A DNA stretch of 64,000 nucleotides from a bacterium (GTDB lineage: Bacteria; Babelota; Babeliae; Babelales; UBA12409). Of the stretch, positions 24,057 through 31,718 are shown one piece after another. Below the pieces are notes generated by a model, which worked only from the letters and a program-made list of their open reading frames with translations, was not told the DNA's origin and ran no database searches. The DNA lies in contig JAKANL010000003.1 in assembly GCA_021823685.1 (NCBI GenBank), positions 18,189 to 82,188 on the forward strand, in the 5' to 3' direction. Position 1 is the stretch's first letter; every line of letters starts with the position of its first letter. Made by a program: the position numbers and the translations under genes.

Positions 24057-26423
24057 GTGAAGCGATTGGGAATATTTTTTGCACTTACCGTGCAAGGGTT
24101 GGGGGCAATAAATAGCGAAGTACAATGGCACGATCTTCAAGATTTTTGTATGGGTTTACGGGAAAGTCCTTCGCCCATAAAAGTCCAGTCGAGAAACGAA
24201 TTTGTTGATGGTGGTTCGGCGCTTATTGATTGGGTTGTTCGGCAACATGATTACGGACCTGTAGATTACGAAAATTTTCAAAGCTCACCGAGCGAACAAA
24301 CTTCTTCGCAGAAAGATACTGCGTCACCAACAGATTCCGTTCAGCCCCTAGGCGGGAGGCCCCGCTTCGCTCAAGCTTCCGCCTTCGCTAAAGCTACTGC
24401 GGACAAGATGGCGGACAGGTCTCCGGGCAGCCAGCGATTGACCCCGAAATCCCCCGCTCACTGTTTGAAAAAACTCTCCACTCACAAAAAACTCTCCGCT
24501 CACACTGAGCTTGTCGAAGTGTGCCCATCTTCTCGCCCAGGGCAACACCCGCAGGGCAAGACCCAAAATTTAAAAAATGTTAAAAAAGCTGCAGTTTTCA
24601 AAAGCATGCTCCAACAAAGTAGTAGTATTTCGCAAGTCAAATTGCTTTATACAAACTACTGTTCGCAACTCGATAACCATTTGCTCAATCCAGCCAACTA
24701 CCAGTTGATCGATAAGCGCGTTCGTGCGCTCAAAGCAACGCTCGATCATCCGGGCCAGATTCAGGAGCGAAACATAAAATTTTCAGCGCAAGAACGAGCC
24801 GAGCTTTTAAAATCTGGCGTATCGGCGGCAGCTCTCGCCTCTCTGCGTGGCAGTGCCGCGCAGCTTGAACTGCACGAAGAATACACGTCCGTCTTTGAGC
24901 AATGGGCACAAAAGAGCCACGAAATCCGACGCTCGCTCGTGCAAGAAAGTATTGCGCAGATAACATTACAGTTTGCTGATCTTGCCGATGAATGTAATCG
25001 TAGCAATAATCTTGCTGGCAGTTACGCCATGGCCGACGTTATGCACGCGGCGTGGCAGAGTGTGCAAGAATTTTTTACGCTGGCCAAAGCGACAGCACAG
25101 GTCGATTACGAAGTTCTGGGCATACTGGGCGCAAGCGCGCTTGACGGAGCTCTCTGTGCCGGCTGTTCAACGGCGCAGGCGATCAGCCATCCGGTTCAAA
25201 CGCTCAAGGCTCTTGGCTCAACAATTGCGCGCGTAGCATATACGGCAGATATTTTGCTCGGTAATGATAAGCAGCGCAGTGCCCAAACGCGCGCTGAACT
25301 TTATGCCATGCTCAAGGCAGCAGCCAACGAATTGTCTGCCAAAGCACAATCCCAACACCCCCTCATGACGTTCAGTGACTGCGTATCCGGCGGCACGCAG
25401 TTTGTTGCCGAAGGCGTATTGGCTTCCAAATGCATGACGCTATCAGCAAACGTTCTGAGCAAAAGCGCACAAGCACTTAACAAACTTCCTGAACTGGCAA
25501 AAACAGCCGGCACCAAAATCCGCTTGCCCCTCACCGGCCCACAACGCGAACTGGCTCTTGCGCACGCCCAGGCAAGTATAGGTGAGGGATTTATTGAGGA
25601 AATGGCCCGCGCACAGACAGGTATTAGCGGAGCCCGGCGTAGCCCGATCGTAGCCACGCCCAGCCGTCGCCAAGGGCTATGGCGGGCACGGGTCGAAGAG
25701 GGGCGAAGACGGGTGCTCAAGCAAGAGCAAGAGGCGGTTCAAAAGATACCGGCTCAACAGGCTACTCCAAACGCTTCTGCCGGTTTACAATCGCAAAAAC
25801 CGTCTGCCCAACCGACGACGCCAGTTTCTCCTTCCGGTTTGCAGCCAGCCGTGCCGGGAAAACCGTCGGTTACCACCGCTTTTCCCGGGCCGTTACCAGC
25901 GCCGGGTACCCAGCAACTGCTCAAAGTGTTTGCCCTGCCAGAGCAGCAACGTGCGGCAATTATTGCGCGATACGGCAAACCCATTCCAGAAATTGGTGGC
26001 GGACAATTTAAAAATCCGCTTCACTTAATTGCGATTGATGTGAGAAAAATTGATCAAAAAACGGGTATTGTCAAAGAGTGGATGGGTTTTCACCATGATT
26101 ACCAGCATGTGTTTGAACGTAACAATGTGATTACCTTAACCGAAAAACAAAATTTGGGCGGAGGATTTTACAAAGCAAAACCAATATATGGCACGCAAAT
26201 TCCGAAGTGGAAATCGTTTTTCCCTGCCGAGTGGCCACCGGAAAAGGTTTTTGAAAAGGTTATCGAAGCACACAATAATATAAAAGATATACTGCCTGCG
26301 AGGGGTGGCAGGAAAGAATTAATTGGTTGGCTTGAGCATGAACAAAAAGCAATATCGATTATCGTTGATGACAACAAAGATATTATTACCGCATATCCGA
26401 ATTTTTCTTACCGAGGAAGATGA
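24057..26423 (+). CDS. Sec-signal polymorphic-toxin-like protein with EndoU-like RNase C-terminal domain (copy 1)
   Basis: GTG start after GGGGAG. Signal-like MKRLGIFFALTVQGLGA. The C-terminal ~170 aa read ...PLHLIAIDVRKIDQKTGIVKEWMGFHHDY...KSFFPAEWPPEKVFEKVIEAHNNI...ISIIVDDNKDIITAYP. This fits my memory of the bacterial EndoU nuclease toxin pattern (HIL.G...G.H...K..FP..W....I......I.VV.....I.TAYP). No Rhs/YD, LXG, PAAR or haemagglutinin repeats recognised. Confidence 0.75.
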   Translation: MKRLGIFFALTVQGLGAINSEVQWHDLQDFCMGLRESPSPIKVQSRNEFVDGGSALIDWVVRQHDYGPVDYENFQSSPSEQTSSQKDTASPTDSVQPLGGRPRFAQASAFAKATADKMADRSPGSQRLTPKSPAHCLKKLSTHKKLSAHTELVEVCPSSRPGQHPQGKTQNLKNVKKAAVFKSMLQQSSSISQVKLLYTNYCSQLDNHLLNPANYQLIDKRVRALKATLDHPGQIQERNIKFSAQERAELLKSGVSAAALASLRGSAAQLELHEEYTSVFEQWAQKSHEIRRSLVQESIAQITLQFADLADECNRSNNLAGSYAMADVMHAAWQSVQEFFTLAKATAQVDYEVLGILGASALDGALCAGCSTAQAISHPVQTLKALGSTIARVAYTADILLGNDKQRSAQTRAELYAMLKAAANELSAKAQSQHPLMTFSDCVSGGTQFVAEGVLASKCMTLSANVLSKSAQALNKLPELAKTAGTKIRLPLTGPQRELALAHAQASIGEGFIEEMARAQTGISGARRSPIVATPSRRQGLWRARVEEGRRRVLKQEQEAVQKIPAQQATPNASAGLQSQKPSAQPTTPVSPSGLQPAVPGKPSVTTAFPGPLPAPGTQQLLKVFALPEQQRAAIIARYGKPIPEIGGGQFKNPLHLIAIDVRKIDQKTGIVKEWMGFHHDYQHVFERNNVITLTEKQNLGGGFYKAKPIYGTQIPKWKSFFPAEWPPEKVFEKVIEAHNNIKDILPARGGRKELIGWLEHEQKAISIIVDDNKDIITAYPNFSYRGR

Positions 26424-26785
26424 TGAAAAAACTGGTATTGGTCGATAGCGAGCATGGCTACTGGAAGACGAAAGAAGATTTTGATGATGATATGGATCTT
26501 TTAAGAGCATTTCTGAATAGCAATCCAGTGCCTGACCTAAAAGAGTTTCTTGACGATCTCAATAAAGATTGGGAATTCGGGGGGGGGGATCTTGTAAATT
26601 TTGAACGTCATGATGGCCAAATAACGTTGGGCTATGATTTTGAGGACGACGGACACAAATTTACGATCAAAGAAAGTGAACTCGAAAAACTTATCATCGA
26701 CTGGCTCAAGTTGGTCGAATCTGGCGCCAAAGAAATCACGATCGAAAGTCAGGATGACGAGCATTATACGATAACGGGAAAATAG
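26420..26785 (+). CDS. candidate cognate immunity protein (copy 1)
   Basis: 121-aa ORF whose ATG overlaps the toxin stop (ATGA). Acidic. Paralogs sit in the same position after toxin copies 2 and 3. No family recognised. Confidence 0.7.
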   Translation: MMKKLVLVDSEHGYWKTKEDFDDDMDLLRAFLNSNPVPDLKEFLDDLNKDWEFGGGDLVNFERHDGQITLGYDFEDDGHKFTIKESELEKLIIDWLKLVESGAKEITIESQDDEHYTITGK

Positions 26786-26789
26786 AGGG

Positions 26790-27025
26790 CGCGTGGGGGC
26801 ACCCTTCGATGAAGCGCATATCGCGCGGAATCTCGTCGCAACCTAGGACCGCACCAACGATCTACCTGCGTAGCCCGAGCGTAGCTTTAGCGTAGACGGG
26901 CGTAGGTGAACCCAGCCGTCGCCCATGTGAGCTATGGCGCCAGCCAGGCGTAGCTTAGCATTTCTTCGAAGAAATACCTGCGTAAGCGAAGACTGGCGCG
27001 CAGGCAGGATGAGCGGAGGAACGTG
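26790..27025. repeat. GC-rich palindromic intergenic repeat cluster, copy R2
   Basis: Starts right after the immunity stop. GCACCCTTCGATGAAGCGCATATCGCGCGGAATCTCGTCG parallels 58967-59015. GAACCCAGCCGTCGCCCATGTGAGCTATGGCG is the rc match of 15371-15406. Ends with GGATGAGCGGAGGA. Confidence 0.65.
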
Positions 27026-27136
27026 CAAAACAAAGCCCCATGTTGTCATGAGGCTCGATTAATTTATTTATTAAATTATTGCAAATTGGATTATATGCAT
27101 GTTAGGCTGAAAGTAAGTTTAAAAGAGGAGAACAAG

Positions 27137-27265
27137 ATGAATAGGTATGTATTACTTAGCCTGTTTGCTGCAATCTTTGTTACGGCTTTAGCAGACAGAA
27201 AATACGTCTGTAAGGTGGTTAGGGACCGCGTTGTATGCGTATACGATCCCAGCGCTTCCAGCTAA
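27137..27265 (+). CDS. small secreted peptide candidate (42 aa)
   Basis: ATG 7 nt after AAGAGGAG gives MNRYVLLSLFAAIFVTALADRKYVCKVVRDRVVCVYDPSASS (signal-like, then a Cys-containing tail). Part of track ORF 27023-27265. Confidence 0.4.
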   Translation: MNRYVLLSLFAAIFVTALADRKYVCKVVRDRVVCVYDPSASS

Positions 27266-27440
27266 GTTTCTCACCCCGCTCGTTGAGCTTCGAAAAACAG
27301 ACAAGTGCGAAGTAGGGGCCTGTTTGCCGCAATCTTTGTTACGGCTTCAGTTAAAGCATTTCTTGTCGACCTGTTCTGCGAAGCTTTTTACTCCGCTCGC
27401 TGAGCTTCGAAAAATAGGCAAAAGCGAAGCAGAAAGATAT
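27255..27440. repeat. GC-rich palindromic intergenic repeat cluster, copy R3
   Basis: Two units of ...CCGCTCG(T/C)TGAGCTTCGAAAAA(C/T)AG... (27275-27300 and 27379-27417). Also a duplicated fragment of the small-peptide gene (GCCTGTTTGCCGCAATCTTTGTTACGGCTTCAG, about 27318-27350). Confidence 0.65.
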
Positions 27441-27539
27441 TGAGGCTAAAGACCAACAACAAGGCACCCCTACGTCGGCTATGGGCGCATCACCTAAGGT
27501 AAAGAGCTGTATTGGCCTTCCGTGGGAATGCTAAAGTCG

Positions 27540-28730
27540 TCAGGGTACAACCACAGCCAGCAGTCGATCCCTCACTGGATTGGGGATGTTAAGAGCTTGA
27601 CGCGTTTGATCTGATGGATGCTGAAATGTCTGTTGAACCCCATTGATGGCCGTATGCGCTGAGTACATGTTAAAAAACAAGGACAGAAGCGTATTTTTAA
27701 ACTTCTTGGCAGCGCAATGTCCTGGAACTATGTTACGAATAGTCAATTCGTCTGTAGCGCCCCATAAGCCAAAAGAAACCGCCAAACGACCTGCGGCATT
27801 GCCGTACTTCCGGGTAACTTCTTCCGCCCGTTCACCGCTCGCAAATGATACGAGCGATGCTATCGCTTCGTTATCCAACATGCAATACCCAACATATGAC
27901 GTCCCGCCTGATACTGCTGCGAGTGCGAGCAATTCTGCCGTATCGGTTAGGCCTGTTCTGTGCTTACGGAACCAATTTTTGATTTTACCGAGGCACGTTT
28001 CGGGAACGATAACGCCGCTTGGCTCTTTGCCCTTGTCTAGCGCAGCTACTGGCTGCTTTAACTTGGCCAATTCTTGGACCGTCAACCCACTTTCTATATC
28101 CAGCTCCATCAGCGGCCCAACAGCTTGGGACTCTCGCTCTTTTTCAGCCGCCTTGGACGCCACTTCTTGCGTCAAAATACCTGTGGCTTGTGTGTCAAGC
28201 GTTTGCTTAGATTTTTCAGTACCCAACCTGCCAGGATACAATTTTTCACAAGGCCCATCTGCCGCAGTCAATAAATCTTTAAGTTGCTCTTTAAGGCTTT
28301 TTGGCGTTGGCGAATCCGAATCTGATGACGAGTTAAGCGGCGATTCATACGGCGGCGAATCTGAATCTGGCGGTGAATCTGAGCCTGATGAAGAGTAAAG
28401 CGACGGTTCGTACGGCGGCGAATCTGAACCTGATGAAGAGTTTAGTGGCGATTCGTATGGCGGCGAATCGGTTGCCAACGAACCAGCGTCTGATGAAGAA
28501 CTTGAATATCTTTGATCTGGCGATTGACTTCGTGGCGTTGATAACCCAGCCTTTTCCAGAGCGTCTCTCAGAGGAAGATTTTTAGTCTCCATTGCATATA
28601 AACAACTATTGATTACTGCTACCCCCACCAAGACTTTCAGCATATCTTTGCATCTGATCATGATACACCTGTACTTTCCGCAATCCCCAGGTTTAATACT
28701 CTTAATTTCCATTGTACTCTTTTTTTTCAT
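27540..28730 (-). CDS. hypothetical secreted protein with Ser/Pro tandem repeats and hydrophobic C-terminal domain (family member 1)
   Basis: 396-aa ORF. Probable start at M30 (28643), giving MLKVLVGVAVINSCLYA. Repeats SDSPPYE(S/P)(P/S)L(N/Y)SSSGSD. The C-terminal hydrophobic region resembles that of the three genes downstream. Confidence 0.6.
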   Translation of the reverse strand: MKKKSTMEIKSIKPGDCGKYRCIMIRCKDMLKVLVGVAVINSCLYAMETKNLPLRDALEKAGLSTPRSQSPDQRYSSSSSDAGSLATDSPPYESPLNSSSGSDSPPYEPSLYSSSGSDSPPDSDSPPYESPLNSSSDSDSPTPKSLKEQLKDLLTAADGPCEKLYPGRLGTEKSKQTLDTQATGILTQEVASKAAEKERESQAVGPLMELDIESGLTVQELAKLKQPVAALDKGKEPSGVIVPETCLGKIKNWFRKHRTGLTDTAELLALAAVSGGTSYVGYCMLDNEAIASLVSFASGERAEEVTRKYGNAAGRLAVSFGLWGATDELTIRNIVPGHCAAKKFKNTLLSLFFNMYSAHTAINGVQQTFQHPSDQTRQALNIPNPVRDRLLAVVVP

Positions 28731-28855
28731 TTTGTCAAGTTTTTTAGAGCATAAAAGCGCTTTTTATCGCTCTTTTTAGGCTCTCTATTTCAAAAATTTG
28801 TTTATATTCCCCGCTCAATTTAAGCCTTCAGAGCTCTATTTACACCACATTGTTT

Positions 28856-29761
28856 TTAAGCCGCATGCTCTTTTGCCTGCGCAATTCTTCGCTCAAGCGC
28901 GGGCAGCAGCTCTTTTACATGAACTGCCGATGAAAGCCTCAGCATACGCTGGGTAATCGACAATCGATTATGCTGATCTTGCGCGCTCAGACGCTCAAAA
29001 TCAGGAAAATAGGTCTGCCAAAGCATGGTCAATGGCGGCATCGTATTCGAATGATCTTTGGCAAGATTAAAGTATTCTGAACACAGCCTAAGAAATGCTT
29101 GCTGCTCAGGCACGGGCCAGCAACTAATCGTATCATAGAGCACGCGCAACTGTGCCCGACGGTAATATTCATTGGCAACGCTCGCGCTCCCCAAACAAAC
29201 CATGTAAAGCCACAAATAGCCCGTATCTGGCAATTGAAAGCCAAGAGCGCGGTAATAGTTAAGCGCTACGTCGACGGGAATCTCAATGGCACAAGCAAGC
29301 ACAACCTTCCACAATGGCCAACGATCACCAGGCCCGAAGGCGGTCGCCGTTCCGGTGGCAATGGAGGCAAGCTGTGGAAACTCGGTGTTACCGCCCCACC
29401 ACACCTCAGTATTGATACCAAAAGTAGCCGTAGCCAGTAACGCCGTCTCCAACGCATTACGCGCTGGCTCACTCAGCCGCCACCATGCGCGGCTAACGCC
29501 TCTTCCGCACGATTGGCAGCCATGCCACAACCCAAGACACCAGCGAACTGGAGCCGCGTGCTGCTGCAGCACAACGGGGCGCTCTTCTTCCATTTGTTCG
29601 ATCGATTGCGCATCAGCAAGTAAATGGCTCGTTAATGCCACTTGACGATCACTCGACATACCAGCGAGCTGATTTATGAGGCCAACACACAAAAACGCGT
29701 ATAATAATTTTTTGCTCAACATGATAAACCTTTCTTCAACGACCGTTTTAACGTCTCGCAT
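28856..29761 (-). CDS. hypothetical secreted membrane protein (family member 2)
   Basis: 301-aa ORF; probable start at 29722 (MLSKKLLYAFLCVGLINQLAG). Central block ...SRAWWRLSEPARNALETALLATATFG...IEIPVDVALNYY... aligns with 31719-32753 (...DSWRGLSQGTRNTLVVSILLATTLA...IEVPVDVTTNWF...). Confidence 0.6.
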   Translation of the reverse strand: MRDVKTVVEERFIMLSKKLLYAFLCVGLINQLAGMSSDRQVALTSHLLADAQSIEQMEEERPVVLQQHAAPVRWCLGLWHGCQSCGRGVSRAWWRLSEPARNALETALLATATFGINTEVWWGGNTEFPQLASIATGTATAFGPGDRWPLWKVVLACAIEIPVDVALNYYRALGFQLPDTGYLWLYMVCLGSASVANEYYRRAQLRVLYDTISCWPVPEQQAFLRLCSEYFNLAKDHSNTMPPLTMLWQTYFPDFERLSAQDQHNRLSITQRMLRLSSAVHVKELLPALERRIAQAKEHAA

Positions 29762-31331
29762 GAACCGATAAATACCCAGGTTCTGGAGAATTTTTCGCTG
29801 TTCCCGATGAGCTCCCTGCCGAGCTCGTAGCGCCTTCAGCAGAAGGCGTAATCACGATTTGTGGCGCATCGGCACTGGTTAATCCACATGACTCTTTTTT
29901 AAGTACAATGTCGGACAAGTCTTGGTTCGCTGCTGCTAAATCAAGGCGTTGATCCACCATGAGCTTAATGCCAGCCTGCACAAGTTCGGCATATCGCACT
30001 CGCTCAACGTCACTCCAATTTTTAAAGTCACCAACAAAAACCAGGCAAATCGCCGACGTCATCGTAAAATCGATTTGACTAAGCGCTGGCACACGCGTCC
30101 CCTTAACAATCTCCAACAGATCTTGCGTGATAGGAGCTTGCTGAGCAAGCGCCTCAAATCCCAACGCACCACGAAACTTTGCGTAATGTGCAAAATCGTC
30201 AGTTGGATCGGAAAACTGTTGAATACGATTCAATAATTCGACGACAATTTTTAAATGATACCTTTGTCCCGTTGCATCTTGGCTTCCAAACGGATCCCAT
30301 ATACGCAAACAAGTATCATACAAAGCGCTGAGCGATTCTTTCCCATCGGTAGCAATAAACTTTTTCATCGATTCAGGAGTAGGGTCGCTTGGTAGCGCAT
30401 CAATAACGGTTTTGAGTTGTTCAAATGTTGTACCACTGTTGTATAGCTGGTCCAAACACCACACAAAAAGCTCGACAAAGTTTACCTGCATTTCCTGCGG
30501 GAAGCGCTGTATTTGAGGATCATTGGAGCAAAAGGCAACAACATCCTGCCAAAGCTCTTCCTGGGTCAATTGGCTATTTTGATGAACGCGTAAATAGGCG
30601 GCAAGCATATCAGCAAAGAGGTCCTTTTCAAAACCAGCATTGTAATAGGCATTGAAGGGAATGCGATAGCCGCGGCGAACACGCAATTCATTGAACATGA
30701 TCGCGACAGCCGTCGAAAGTGCATATAACGAGACTAGACCGGTTTTTCTGTATTCATTTTTAAGAGCATCAATCTGAGAACACATATATACGTCTCCGGC
30801 AATTACCCCGCTGCAAATAAGGAGCTTGAGCCAGAAATTATATCGATCAGTAATATTAGCCGCTGCTTTTCCCATCAAAATCGCGGCACTCATTGAGATA
30901 CCGCTGCGATTGACGGCATGCGCTAAAACGTTAGCACCCACTTGAGCGGTTGTTATCCCCAGCGTTAAAAGAACATCTTTTGCCCATCGCGGCAATTTTT
31001 GCACATATACCGAACAGCACCCGGGCTCTTCTTCGCGTACCCCGCCAGCCTGCCCAGCAACTGGGCTCATTGACGAACTGGCAGCGGCCGGCGCAGATGG
31101 CCCAGCGGGCGAACCAGAATCAGAAGACATCTCGCCCATTTCAACAGCGCAAGGCGCGGCTAAAAGCGATTGTTTGAGTTCTTTCTGACGTGCAATAACT
31201 AATTTTTCTTTGCCATCATCGCGCTCCATACCGATCAAAGGCATAAAGGCCAGACACAACATGGCGTATAAGACATGACGAGAATTCATAGTACCTCCAT
31301 TAAGTACTTCTTTAGCTACCATAATCCCCAT
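29748..31331 (-). CDS. hypothetical secreted membrane protein (family member 3, long C-terminal extension)
   Basis: 527-aa ORF. The N-terminus MGIMVAKEVLNGGTMNSRHVLYAMLCLAFMPLIGMER is near-identical to that of 31719-32753. Hydrophobic middle. No family recognised. Confidence 0.65.
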   Translation of the reverse strand: MGIMVAKEVLNGGTMNSRHVLYAMLCLAFMPLIGMERDDGKEKLVIARQKELKQSLLAAPCAVEMGEMSSDSGSPAGPSAPAAASSSMSPVAGQAGGVREEEPGCCSVYVQKLPRWAKDVLLTLGITTAQVGANVLAHAVNRSGISMSAAILMGKAAANITDRYNFWLKLLICSGVIAGDVYMCSQIDALKNEYRKTGLVSLYALSTAVAIMFNELRVRRGYRIPFNAYYNAGFEKDLFADMLAAYLRVHQNSQLTQEELWQDVVAFCSNDPQIQRFPQEMQVNFVELFVWCLDQLYNSGTTFEQLKTVIDALPSDPTPESMKKFIATDGKESLSALYDTCLRIWDPFGSQDATGQRYHLKIVVELLNRIQQFSDPTDDFAHYAKFRGALGFEALAQQAPITQDLLEIVKGTRVPALSQIDFTMTSAICLVFVGDFKNWSDVERVRYAELVQAGIKLMVDQRLDLAAANQDLSDIVLKKESCGLTSADAPQIVITPSAEGATSSAGSSSGTAKNSPEPGYLSVHARR

Positions 31332-31520
31332 AGTTATATCCTAACAAATATATTCAATTTGTCAACCAATACAACAAAATAATTCAAAATAAGCAAAATA
31401 AGTAATGTATATTTTTATCGCCAAGATTAAGTATGAAAGAGGCTAAAAGATTGTCAACAAGGGGAAAAACGACTGTCATAGCAACGTGATAATGTCATAT
31501 TCACTGCAACAGAAAATATC

Positions 31521-31691
31521 ATGAGAAAATTGATGCTTGAGCATGGATTGCCTGTTGGCTTTTATACCAATCGAGGGTCTGTCTTCAAGGTTTACCCTTT
31601 GGCTCCAAAGTGGCGCTTACAGTCTCAAAATGAGCTAAGGACGCCTAAAAATGATTTTCTCATAAAAAAGCCGCGGTTTGCCGGAGCTTAA
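31521..31691 (+). pseudogene. possible DDE integrase/transposase core fragment
   Basis: A 56-aa ORF MRKLMLEHGLPVGFYTNRGSVFKV... The G.P..FYT(D/N)RGS.F string resembles the rve integrase-core block. It is an isolated fragment. Confidence 0.3.
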
Positions 31692-31718
31692 CAGCTTGTA
31701 AAGACTTTAAAAAACGCA

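Noticed and set aside
24348-26011. Antisense or off-frame ORFs inside the toxin genes that are nearly identical between copies (for example 25301-25720 versus 39436-39714, and 24973-25236 versus 39809-40141)
   Set aside because: Their conservation only reflects near-identical DNA of the duplicated toxin genes. The long sense frames with signal peptide and nuclease domain explain the region. They are used only as evidence for DNA identity.
28300-28500. Possible CRISPR array or other non-coding tandem repeat (also 36500-37230, 21900-22480 and 23829-23893)
   Set aside because: The repeats are in-frame coding repeats or tandem gene copies, or are only two units long. None shows the repeat-spacer-repeat regularity of CRISPR, and there are no cas genes in the window.
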